In this document: positions 24,379 through 33,353 of the stretch, piece after piece
Layout: each line of letters starts with the position of its first letter
Numbering within the stretch: position 1 is the stretch's first letter
DNA from: a virus
Direction: 5' to 3' (one strand)
Length of the DNA: 64,000 nucleotides
Virus genome (UHGV): UHGV-0023958
Program-made: the position numbers and the translations under genes
Notes under the pieces: model-generated
What the model saw: only the letters and a program-made list of their open reading frames with translations
Database searches by the model: none
What the model was told of the DNA's origin: nothing

Positions 24379-25188
24379 ATGATACCTAATAAAACAAAAG
24401 CATCTGAATATAGGGTGCGGACATTAGATAGAAATGATTTAAATGAGAAAGGAACGATTTATATTGGTTAGGGCGGTACTTCTACTATTGATAAAGTTGA
24501 AAATATTTCCAATGTAGCGGCAATTAGTAAGCCAGATGATGATTTAAACAAATCTGGTTATTATGCTTTAACGCTTGGAGGAAATGCAAATCAAGATGGA
24601 ATTTGGGGCAGATTTTTACATGAGGTAGATTGCCAAATAACACCAACTTTATTTCAATTAAACGAAGGAGCGCCATCTCTTCATAATCCTTATAAATATG
24701 TAATTCGCGGTGGGTATAAGTCGTTAAATATTAAAAAAAGTATATTTGATTCAACACTTACATATATAATGGATTATAATTCAAATTTATCATCTTTTTC
24801 TTCTGTTGATTAGAAAATATTTGCAAAATTATCTATGAGGGGATTTGTAGAATATGATACTCCGTTTGAAGTATATTCTTCTTTTGTTGCCTCTCAGAAG
24901 ACTGGAAGTTCTTGGGAGTTATATCCTTTGAATTTTTCACCGATTAATATTACAAAATTAAACGATAATTATATGCGAAATTTCCAAAGCATTGTTTTTT
25001 GTTCAAATGATACACCGTGGCAAGAAACTGCGGATGGTTTTCAATTAAACCTTCATGCAATCGGTATGGGAAATACATTAGAAGAGCAAAAATTATATTA
25101 TTAGAAAAATGGCACTGGTGAAATTCTAACTGCTAATCTATCAAATATTTCATAGATTAGAGTAACTCAAATGTCTATTATTTTTTAA
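24379..25188 (+). CDS. Hypothetical protein needing TAG decoding (four in-frame TAG codons), sitting inside the otherwise standard-code early region.
   Basis: RBS aaaggag then ATG 24379. Frame 1 is open through TAGs at 24469, 24811, 25102 and 25153 to TAA at 25186-25188, and contains track ORF 24835-25104. Confidence 0.5.
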
Positions 25189-25200
25189 AATAAATTTTAA

Positions 25201-25237
25201 GAGGAGTGTCAAAATTACTTGACATTCCTCTTTTTTT
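25201..25237 (+). terminator. Intrinsic terminator: 12-bp stem gaggagtgtcaa/ttgacattcctc, loop aattac, then TTTTTTT.
   Basis: Seen in the sequence; one G-U pair. Confidence 0.6.
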
Positions 25238-25247
25238 ATGGTAAAAT
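25219..25247 (+). promoter_or_regulatory. Promoter TTGACA-N17-TAAAAT whose -35 lies in the 3' arm of the preceding terminator.
   Basis: Hexamers and 17-bp spacer. Confidence 0.5.
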
Positions 25248-25277
25248 ATCTTTGTAATAAAACACAAGGAGAATGTT

Positions 25278-25541
25278 ATGACAACAAAGCCAGTAATCAA
25301 AGAAAACTTTATTGAATTTCTTAAAACTAATTATCCAGAATGTTTTGAAAGCGGAACACCGATAGTAGAAAACGCTTTAGAAGCTTTGATTATATTAAAA
25401 AAGAGAGAGTATACAAAACAATTTTGTGCGTCGCTTTCAAAAGATGTTATGCAAGTTAAAACGAATAAGAAATTCAAAGATCAGTTAAAAGATATTGAAT
25501 ATAAAATTCGTAAAAATCATATTGATTTAGGAGAGAATTAA
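25278..25541 (+). CDS. Hypothetical protein.
   Basis: RBS aaggag; ORF track. Confidence 0.4.
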   Translation: MTTKPVIKENFIEFLKTNYPECFESGTPIVENALEALIILKKREYTKQFCASLSKDVMQVKTNKKFKDQLKDIEYKIRKNHIDLGEN

Positions 25542-25864
25542 TGGAACAATTAAAAGAAAGACCTATATTTATAACCGCTAAACATGTTAAAAATACGTTG
25601 AATGGAAAGACTTACGGGGAGATTAGAGAGATTCTGGAAATCGATCCAGGAGAACATGAATTACTACCGAACGGAGAGAAAATTCCAGATGACGTAGTTT
25701 GTATTGTTAACAAATCTGAAGAATGGCCTTGCACTGGAGGTCTTGTAAACGTAGAAATTCGTTTCACCGTGGGAAACAAAGAATACGGGCAAATGCTTAT
25801 GGCCAAACTTGGGCGTGTAACCTGTAGATTCACCCGTCCGCCTTTGGAAGCTTTAGAAGGTTAA
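25541..25864 (+). CDS. Hypothetical protein.
   Basis: ORF track; ATGA overlap with the upstream gene. Confidence 0.4.
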   Translation: MEQLKERPIFITAKHVKNTLNGKTYGEIREILEIDPGEHELLPNGEKIPDDVVCIVNKSEEWPCTGGLVNVEIRFTVGNKEYGQMLMAKLGRVTCRFTRPPLEALEG

Positions 25865-25869
25865 AAATT

Positions 25870-26667
25870 ATGTCATTTCGTGAATTTTATAATGAAGATT
25901 GTTTTATAAATATGAAAGGGTTTAAAGATAAATCAATAAACCTTATTTTAACTTCTCCGTTTTATAATACGAATAAAAAAGCAGGGAAGAAAAATACGCT
26001 TGAAAACACAGAAATCAAAAAAGGAACATATTCTTATATTAGATATGACGAACACGTCGATAATATGACGGACGAAGAATATGAAGATTTTACAAAAAGA
26101 TTATTTAATGAATTTAATAGGATTGTTGTAAACAACGGTGTTGTTCTTTATAATCTTTCTTATAGCAACGATAATCCAGCAAATTTGTTTTCATTAGTTA
26201 ATATGATTTGCGAAGAAACGAATTGGATGATTGCCGATGTTATTGTTTGGAAAAAGAAAAGTGCTTTGCCGAATAATTGCTCTCCAAATCGCCTAACTCG
26301 TATCTTTGAGTTTATATTTGTTTTTTGCAGAAAAGGCGAAGAAAAAACTTTTTATGTAAATAAAAGGGTGATTTCATTACGCGCAACAGGGCAGAAATCG
26401 TATGAAAATATCTTTAATTTTGTCGAAGCGAAGAACAATGACGGTCCGTGTCCGTTGAATAAAGCGACGTATTCAACTGATTTGTGCAAACAGTTACTTC
26501 GAATTTATGCAAATCCAGAAGACAAAGATTTTGTTGTTTACGATCCTTTTATGGGAACAGGGACAACTTTGGTTGCATGCAAGGAAATGGATATAAATTG
26601 TTTTGGTTGTGAAATTTCTAAAAAACAATGCGAGTGGACGCAAAATCGCTTGACAAATCAAAACTAA
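25870..26667 (+). CDS. DNA methyltransferase, N6-adenine / N4-cytosine beta class.
   Basis: Motif IV TSPFY and motif I VYDPFMGTGTT. Confidence 0.65.
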   Translation: MSFREFYNEDCFINMKGFKDKSINLILTSPFYNTNKKAGKKNTLENTEIKKGTYSYIRYDEHVDNMTDEEYEDFTKRLFNEFNRIVVNNGVVLYNLSYSNDNPANLFSLVNMICEETNWMIADVIVWKKKSALPNNCSPNRLTRIFEFIFVFCRKGEEKTFYVNKRVISLRATGQKSYENIFNFVEAKNNDGPCPLNKATYSTDLCKQLLRIYANPEDKDFVVYDPFMGTGTTLVACKEMDINCFGCEISKKQCEWTQNRLTNQN

Positions 26668-26678
26668 TGTGATATAAT
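26650..26678 (+). promoter_or_regulatory. Promoter TTGACA-N17-TGnTATAAT overlapping the methyltransferase stop, upstream of the suppressor tRNA.
   Basis: Exact consensus. Confidence 0.5.
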
Positions 26679-26699
26679 ATATATGTTATAAACGCGTGA

Positions 26700-26719
26700 T
26701 GTCAAATCTAGATTTGACA
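26700..26719 (+). promoter_or_regulatory. 20-bp perfect palindrome tgtcaaatct/agatttgaca whose 3' half supplies a second TTGACA -35 just upstream of the tRNA.
   Basis: Seen in the sequence. Confidence 0.35.
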
Positions 26720-26748
26720 AAACGTGATTATATAAAATTACTGTACAG

Positions 26749-26823
26749 TGGGGAATAGCATAACGGTAGTGCGGTGCTCTCTAAAAGCACTCTGTGTCGG
26801 TTCGAGCCCGACTTCCCCCGCCA
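26749..26823 (+). tRNA. Amber suppressor tRNA, anticodon CUA, with Gln-like features U1, G10 and G73.
   Basis: Cloverleaf: acceptor tggggaa/ttccccc; D-stem gcat/gtgc; anticodon stem gtgct/agcac with loop cTCTAaa; T-arm gtcgg-ttcgagc-ccgac; encoded CCA. Confidence 0.75.
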
Positions 26824-26856
26824 GTAACGATTAAAAATAAAATGGAGGTAATGCTT

Positions 26857-27231
26857 ATGTCGTAGATACGTGAATCTTGTTATTTTTATACTTAGAAGGC
26901 AGCATCTTATGTCGGGAGTAGAGATTATGAAATCAAATACGATCCCGGCGTTTTCGTTGTATTTTCTGAAGATTTTTATCCCTTGGACGATGACAAATAC
27001 CAATCGTGTTTATGCAGGAGTTTGAATTTGGCGAACGAATATAACACAAATGTTTCTTATTCAGACAAGGAAGATTTGGCCAAAGCAATTTATTTCGATT
27101 TATATCAGAAACCAGATGAAACCATTTTTGTCTGCGAAAATGATGCAATTGCCGATGTGGCAAACAGGTATTTTGGCGAAGATAGTATTATAAACATTAA
27201 AAAGGTAATTGAGGAATTTGAAGAAAAATGA
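26857..27231 (+). CDS. Small protein whose only in-frame ATG is followed by TAG at codons 3 and 13; lies immediately downstream of the suppressor tRNA.
   Basis: GGAGG RBS 9 nt upstream of ATG 26857; same frame as track ORF 26983-27231. Confidence 0.45.
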
Positions 27232-27701
27232 ACAGAGAGTTTGTGAGAAATTTTAACAGAATCAATAAGAGCAATTATTCCAAACAAGATATTCAAACGA
27301 TGATTGCACTGACGAATATTATGCAGGGTAAATTGTCGAAAGATATGGAACTCGGTTTTCCGAGTTTAAAACATTATGATAATCCAGAGTTATTTCCGAA
27401 TGGAATGTTGGTCAAATTGAATTATGAAAAAATTAAACAACGGAATCAAAATGATTTGACAGAAGATTATAAAAAGTTTGTTGAAGAAAACAAAGATAAT
27501 GAATTTCATCTAATCAGAGATGACGAAGATACGGGGTTAGTTGCACTAGAAGAAGATAAAAGAAAAACCGTTCTCGATGGAAAAGAAGTTGATTGTCCAA
27601 AGTTCTTATTCGATATGCTTTCAGATTTGCTTGTAAAAGATAAAAATAATGATTGGGTACCAGCGTACGAGTTTGAAGGAAAATTTTTAGAAAAAAAATA
27701 A
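27228..27701 (+). CDS. Hypothetical protein.
   Basis: ORF track; ATGA overlap. Confidence 0.4.
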   Translation: MNREFVRNFNRINKSNYSKQDIQTMIALTNIMQGKLSKDMELGFPSLKHYDNPELFPNGMLVKLNYEKIKQRNQNDLTEDYKKFVEENKDNEFHLIRDDEDTGLVALEEDKRKTVLDGKEVDCPKFLFDMLSDLLVKDKNNDWVPAYEFEGKFLEKK

Positions 27702-27720
27702 GAAAAGCGATTAAAAACAT

Positions 27721-27749
27721 TTGACAAAAAGATTTTAAAGTGATATAAT
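27721..27749 (+). promoter_or_regulatory. Promoter TTGACA-N17-TGaTATAAT.
   Basis: Consensus hexamers and spacer. Confidence 0.5.
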
Positions 27750-27800
27750 AAAGAAAAAATGCAATCCGAAAGATTGCAAGATTATAAGGAGAAGAAATTT

Positions 27801-28880
27801 ATGGCAATGAATTTTACCTTTGTAGGTAAACTGAAAGCAGTCAAAGACAATGAGAAGTTTAAAGGTTATGAAGTAAGAACTTTTGAATCTGGTTGGGTGC
27901 AGACGAATTTGAAATTTAATGCGGTGAATGGAAACAATCGCCACATGTTTCAGATTAAAGCTGGTTATTGGGGTGATAAGGACGGTAATGTCAATGAGAG
28001 CAAGACCGTAATTTACGCACCAGTAACAAACGAAGAAACACACAAGACAACGAGAACCAAAATTGCTTATGTGAACAGGGAAGATGAAAGTGTTTTGAAG
28101 TCCGTTAGCAAGGGTGGTAAATATGTTCTTGATCTTCGTACGGATGAAAACCCAGCTGGTTATAAGGAATATATTTTCGAGAAAGATTTTATCGATGATG
28201 TTAAGAAACACATTCTCGAAAACACAAGAGTGTCAGATGTGAGATTCAGAGTTCTCGGCGAGGTAGAAATCACTTATTCAGAGAGCAAAGGAAACTTTTA
28301 TAAGACATTTATTCCGAAGAAAATTTATCTTGCAAAGGACACCGAAGAAGATAAAATGCAGATCAACGCAAAGCTTATTTATGGAAGAACCAGCCTCGAA
28401 GATGTTGCGGGAACTGATAATTTTGTGCTGAACGCATACTCCAGATATTATGATAATTCTTATAGAGGCGATAATTGCAAAGGATATTGCTTCTGCCCTG
28501 TAGAAGTAAATATTGTTCCAAAGAATGAAAAGCAGAAAGATTTGTTCGTTAAGAGATTCCGTGAATTCGAAACCGATTCCAGCGAATACAGGGAAATCGG
28601 TATGGTTATTGATGTAATTGACGGACAGGAAATTGTGCGCGTTACAGAAGATATGCTCGGCGAAGAAGCGAAAGAAAATATTGAGTATGGTTTCTCGACT
28701 TTGGAAGAAGAGTTGAAGAAAGCTGGTGGAACGACTTATGGACCTCGTATTACAGAGTACAGATTCAATAACTGGGGTTCTCCGAGCGAAGACACTGTTT
28801 ATCAGGATGAAGATCTTCTTCCGCCACATCACGATGACGAAGAGAAATCTGATGACATTTTCGAAGACGATGAAATTTAA
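27801..28880 (+). CDS. Hypothetical protein with an acidic C-terminal tail (DDIFEDDEI); possibly an SSB-like partner-binding protein.
   Basis: RBS aaggag; acidic tail; position in the replication module. Confidence 0.35.
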   Translation: MAMNFTFVGKLKAVKDNEKFKGYEVRTFESGWVQTNLKFNAVNGNNRHMFQIKAGYWGDKDGNVNESKTVIYAPVTNEETHKTTRTKIAYVNREDESVLKSVSKGGKYVLDLRTDENPAGYKEYIFEKDFIDDVKKHILENTRVSDVRFRVLGEVEITYSESKGNFYKTFIPKKIYLAKDTEEDKMQINAKLIYGRTSLEDVAGTDNFVLNAYSRYYDNSYRGDNCKGYCFCPVEVNIVPKNEKQKDLFVKRFREFETDSSEYREIGMVIDVIDGQEIVRVTEDMLGEEAKENIEYGFSTLEEELKKAGGTTYGPRITEYRFNNWGSPSEDTVYQDEDLLPPHHDDEEKSDDIFEDDEI

Positions 28881-28896
28881 GTGGAGATAAAAAATA

Positions 28897-30066
28897 ATGG
28901 CATTTGTTAAACCCCAAATTAATACGATTAAAGCTGATATTGCAAATATTTCGATTTATCTTCGTTCGACGAAGAAATTCGGTAAAACCACACTTTTCAG
29001 AGATGTAATTCTCGAAAAGTATGGAGATCCATCTTACGGTCTTCTTGTTGGTTGCGGCGCAGAAGTTGGTTATAAACTTCTCGACAATTTGAACTGTGTT
29101 CAGGTTACGAGTTGGGAAGATTTGGTAGAACTTAAAAAGTGGCTTATCGAAACCAACGGCGTAGAACATCATATTAAAATTGTCGCGTTCGATACTGGCG
29201 ATGAACTTGTTTTGCTTGCAGATAAGAAAACGATTGCAATTAGCAATAAGGAAAACCCTCAGAAACCTTGCCGTTCAATTAAGGCGGCAATGGGTGGTTA
29301 TACCGCTGGCGAAAAGTATTCCGCGAACAATTTGATTAAGCCTTATCTTTCCGATTTGCAACAGCACGGTTTTGCAACGTGGGTAATTGCGCACACGAAG
29401 TTGAAGACGATTAAAGATAAAGGTGCGCTTGAAGAAGATGGATATCAGCAGCTGACTTCCAATCTTTCCGCTGATTATGAAGCTGCGTTCGGTGATGTAT
29501 TTGACGTATGTCTTACTGGCGTTATCGACAGAATGCTCGAAACAAAGCAGGTTGGCAATGATAAGAAGAATGTTGTTACCGATACGGAACGTAGACTTTA
29601 TTTCCGTGGAACTCCAATGATCGATGCTGGCGGTAGATTTGCAGCTGGTACGGTTCCCGAATATATGGTGTTCGACAAAGATAATATGGCAGCAGACTTT
29701 ATTAAGATTGTTGAAGGTGGTATGGAAAAGTCAAAACTTTCTGGTTTTAAAGTAAAGGCAAAAGTAGAAGACAAACCAGTTGTTGAGGCAAAACCAGTTG
29801 TTAAACCCGTTGTGAACACGGCGGCTGAAGTTGAAGAAGATGAACCGCCTTTTGATGCCGATAGTTCGGCGAGTGAAGATGAAGAAGTTTATTCGCTGCC
29901 AGAAAGACTTGCGGCGGTTCGCGAAGCGTTTAAAAATGCTGGTAAAGAATTGAAAGATCAAGTTAAGGCAATTCTTATCGCGAATGGCAACGGTCAGGAA
30001 AAAGCAAAACTTGATAATCTTCCTGTTGAAGAGCTTGCAAAAGTAGAGGCCATCCTTGGTCTGTAA
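28897..30066 (+). CDS. P-loop ATPase (FGKTT; Walker B IVAFDTGDE), possibly RecA/Sak4-family; acidic C-terminus.
   Basis: The motifs listed; function is inferred. Confidence 0.35.
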   Translation: MAFVKPQINTIKADIANISIYLRSTKKFGKTTLFRDVILEKYGDPSYGLLVGCGAEVGYKLLDNLNCVQVTSWEDLVELKKWLIETNGVEHHIKIVAFDTGDELVLLADKKTIAISNKENPQKPCRSIKAAMGGYTAGEKYSANNLIKPYLSDLQQHGFATWVIAHTKLKTIKDKGALEEDGYQQLTSNLSADYEAAFGDVFDVCLTGVIDRMLETKQVGNDKKNVVTDTERRLYFRGTPMIDAGGRFAAGTVPEYMVFDKDNMAADFIKIVEGGMEKSKLSGFKVKAKVEDKPVVEAKPVVKPVVNTAAEVEEDEPPFDADSSASEDEEVYSLPERLAAVREAFKNAGKELKDQVKAILIANGNGQEKAKLDNLPVEELAKVEAILGL

Positions 30067-30081
30067 TTAGAACAATTATAA

Positions 30082-30101
30082 GGGCGAGATTTTTCTCGCC
30101 C
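30082..30101 (+). other. GC-rich hairpin gggcgaga-tttt-tctcgccc with no 3' U-tract.
   Basis: Seen in the sequence. Confidence 0.25.
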
Positions 30102-30123
30102 TGTAATAAACATCGGAGAGAAT

Positions 30124-30660
30124 ATGGCACTTGGTTATTGTAAATGTGGTTGTGGGCAAATGTTGGAAACAACAACGAGTTATTCGATTAAATTACCCAC
30201 AAATAAGAAACTTTATTTTGTAAATGCGGATCATTATGGGAAATGGAAAGAAAACGCCGCAGTCGGAAAAACAAAAGTTAATGAAGAAGAGCTTTCTCCG
30301 ATTTATGATTTAGTTGCAGATATTATTGGCAAAAAATTAGATACTAAAACAATGTTATGGAAATATTATGTGCAATGGAAAAAAATTGCAGATAAGGACA
30401 CGTTGCTTTATTATCTTAAATCTGAAAAGTGGAATTTGCAGAAAATATTCCAAAAGAAAGACATTTATACTGCTTATGCGAGTTTGCAATATTTGAACGG
30501 AATTATCAATAATAATTTGCCGAATTATAAAGTAGAAGCAGAGGCACTCGCTCCCAAGCAAGATGATATGGATGTAAAAGAGAATAAGGGAAGTTATGCA
30601 GAAACTAATTCTAAACGCAAAAAATCACTTGCTGAATTGGAGGAAGAGGCTGAATGTTAA
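30124..30660 (+). CDS. Hypothetical protein with an N-terminal Cys cluster.
   Basis: ORF track. Confidence 0.4.
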   Translation: MALGYCKCGCGQMLETTTSYSIKLPTNKKLYFVNADHYGKWKENAAVGKTKVNEEELSPIYDLVADIIGKKLDTKTMLWKYYVQWKKIADKDTLLYYLKSEKWNLQKIFQKKDIYTAYASLQYLNGIINNNLPNYKVEAEALAPKQDDMDVKENKGSYAETNSKRKKSLAELEEEAEC

Positions 30661-32240
30661 ATAAAGAGCAGTTTGTTGTTGGTATTACAGAAAAATACCC
30701 AGAAGAGTTACTCGAAGGGCGAATGACGATTGAAGGGAATTACCTCGCGTGTTTGTTTTCTGATTTAACTTATTATGACGATATTAAACAATGCGTAACA
30801 GAAAATAATTTCATTACGCAGCAGGGTAGATTTTTGTTTTGCTTAATTCGCAGTTTACGTGAGAAAGGTTTCTCGGTAACGGACGAGGTAACGATTTTGT
30901 CTAACTGCGAAGAAACTGTTAAAGACCGCCTTGATGGAATGGGTGGCTTTAGAGCAATTCAGAAATTGATGAGTGTTGTTGATATTAAAAACTGGGATGC
31001 AATTGCAGATAAGTTCAACAAGAGTAATGTAATTTTAAAATTATACGACAACGGGTTCAATCTCTTTGAAAAGGTAACGCTCGATAAAGGCAAGGAAATA
31101 ACTCCGATTAAGTTGTTTAAGAACTTCGAGTGCCAAAACGTAATTGATTGGTACGAAGAAAGACTTTCCAAAATTTCCATTGATAATAATAATTCATCAA
31201 GTAAAATTACTGGAGAAGAGTATATTAGTTTTGATGACGATTTTGTAGCCGATTTAATGAAAGGTGAAGGCGCAGGAATTTCTTTCGGCGATGCTGGGAA
31301 AGATGTAAACGGCGATGATATTTATATGTACCCGTTTTTATCTAAAAATATTCTTGGTTTGGCAAGAGGAACAACAACGGCTTTGGCAAGCCATTCTGGC
31401 AATGGTAAAACAACGCTTATATTAAATATCGTATTTTCATTGATAGCACATGGACAAAGAGGAATTTTTGTTACAAATGAAATGACGATTAAAGATTTAA
31501 AAGTTATTATGCTTTTAATTATATTGACAAGATATTTTTGTTATTGGAAGATTAATAAGAAAAAGTTGAAGACAGGCGATCTTACAGACGAAGATAGAGA
31601 TATGATTAGAAAGGCAAATCAATACTGGAAAGAAAATATGGCAGACGCGTTAAAGATTGTTTCGATGTCTGACTCGGATGCGAATTTAAGTAATCAGCTT
31701 ATTCGAAAGGAAGCTTTAAGAAACGGGATTGATTTCTTTGTTGTTGATACTTTTAAATTAAGTTTGGGCGAAGGGAATACAAATGATAACTTTTGGATCA
31801 ATCTTATTAAAGACGCTCGCGCTTTGGACTCGATTGCGAAGAAACAAAATATGATTGGCCTTTATACGATTCAGTTGACAGCTACGAGTATCGGAGATTT
31901 GTTTTTGACAGAAAGTGCTTTGAGTAATTCAAAGCAGATAAAGGAAGTTCTTTCGAATTTGATTATTATGAGAAAGATGTACCCCGAAGAGTTTGAGCCT
32001 GGAAGTCCTTACGATTGCAAACCGTTCCGCTCGCAGTTGCAAGAGGACGGAACTTGGAAGGAAGAGGATTTTGTTCCAGAAGAAGATAAAACTTATCGCT
32101 GCGTGCTCCTTAATAAAACGAGAAGCGGAGCTGACAGTTCTGATACTGGCGTTGGTTATATTTTTAAATATGACGGGGACCATGCAAAGTTTTCTGAAAC
32201 TTGTAAATGCAGACCGAAACACAAGCGTATTGGGCAATAA
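30654..32240 (+). CDS. DnaB-like replicative helicase.
   Basis: Walker A SGNGKTT inside a RecA-like C-terminal domain; about 528 aa. Confidence 0.55.
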   Translation: MLNKEQFVVGITEKYPEELLEGRMTIEGNYLACLFSDLTYYDDIKQCVTENNFITQQGRFLFCLIRSLREKGFSVTDEVTILSNCEETVKDRLDGMGGFRAIQKLMSVVDIKNWDAIADKFNKSNVILKLYDNGFNLFEKVTLDKGKEITPIKLFKNFECQNVIDWYEERLSKISIDNNNSSSKITGEEYISFDDDFVADLMKGEGAGISFGDAGKDVNGDDIYMYPFLSKNILGLARGTTTALASHSGNGKTTLILNIVFSLIAHGQRGIFVTNEMTIKDLKVIMLLIILTRYFCYWKINKKKLKTGDLTDEDRDMIRKANQYWKENMADALKIVSMSDSDANLSNQLIRKEALRNGIDFFVVDTFKLSLGEGNTNDNFWINLIKDARALDSIAKKQNMIGLYTIQLTATSIGDLFLTESALSNSKQIKEVLSNLIIMRKMYPEEFEPGSPYDCKPFRSQLQEDGTWKEEDFVPEEDKTYRCVLLNKTRSGADSSDTGVGYIFKYDGDHAKFSETCKCRPKHKRIGQ

Positions 32241-32281
32241 AAAAATGTAAATAAAATCGGTCTTTTATACCGCAAAATTAG

Positions 32282-32310
32282 TTGACAAATAACTAGTTTT
32301 GTGGTATAAT
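32282..32310 (+). promoter_or_regulatory. Promoter TTGACA-N17-TGgTATAAT.
   Basis: Consensus. Confidence 0.5.
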
Positions 32311-32339
32311 TTTCATATAAAGAATAAAAGGACAAAAAT

Positions 32340-33353
32340 ATGCTTTCGGATCTCAAAGAAATGTTGATGGAACAACCGAATAAATTGGTCGAACTTCTTG
32401 AAAAATATGACTACGCAAAATTCAAAGTCAATTCAAAGGAAGTTCGTTTTGCGCGCTCTGATGATTCGGAGAGCGGTTTAAATATTTCGATTCATCTCAA
32501 CAATAACCCGAATATTTTTGTAACTGATTATGTTTATAAATTCAATGGTGATGTTATAGCTTACATTATGAAAAATCGCGAAGTCGATTTTCGCACCGTA
32601 CTATCGTCAATCAAATCAGTTTTGGGATTAGGCGAAGATTGGCAGCCGAAAGAAAAGCAAACTTTGTTTGGAGGGTTTTATGATCGTATCGGAGAAGATA
32701 AATCTCCAGAGATTAAAACTTACGATGAATCTGTTCTCAATGATTATATAAATGTTACAAATCTACTTTGGATAAAAGATGGCATTGATATAAACACACA
32801 AAGAAAATATGATGTCCGTTTTGATATAGATGATAATCGAATTGTGTTTCCTTGGCGCGATGCAAACACGGGAAGAATAATGGCAATCAAAGGACGATAT
32901 AACGGAACTCCGCCAGAAGGTGTTCCAAAGTATATATATCCGCTGCCTGGAAACGTAAGTTTGTCTTTGTTCAACTACGCAGAGAATTATGAAAGCATAA
33001 ACGGTTGCGATAGATTGTTTATCTTTGAAAGCGAAAAATCGTGTATGCTCGCAGACAAATACGGTTACGGTTCTTCTGTCGCACTTGGTTCGCATAACCT
33101 TTCAACACAACAAGCGAAATTGATTATTCAGGCGAACCCGAAAGAAATTGTTTTTCTTCTTGACAAAGATTTAGAAATAGAAGAAACGATGAATGATATT
33201 GAAACGTTAAAAGATTATGCGGTAATGCAAACTTTAAATATTAAATATTGGAATTGGAAGAAAAATAAAACGATACCGCCAAAGGGTGCACCGATAGATT
33301 GTGGTAAAGCAATTTTTGAAAAAGTTTTAGAGAATGAATTAGAGGAAGTATAA
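32340..33353 (+). CDS. DNA primase, TOPRIM domain.
   Basis: IFESEKS ... LLDKDLE pattern (E...DxD). Confidence 0.55.
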   Translation: MLSDLKEMLMEQPNKLVELLEKYDYAKFKVNSKEVRFARSDDSESGLNISIHLNNNPNIFVTDYVYKFNGDVIAYIMKNREVDFRTVLSSIKSVLGLGEDWQPKEKQTLFGGFYDRIGEDKSPEIKTYDESVLNDYINVTNLLWIKDGIDINTQRKYDVRFDIDDNRIVFPWRDANTGRIMAIKGRYNGTPPEGVPKYIYPLPGNVSLSLFNYAENYESINGCDRLFIFESEKSCMLADKYGYGSSVALGSHNLSTQQAKLIIQANPKEIVFLLDKDLEIEETMNDIETLKDYAVMQTLNIKYWNWKKNKTIPPKGAPIDCGKAIFEKVLENELEEV

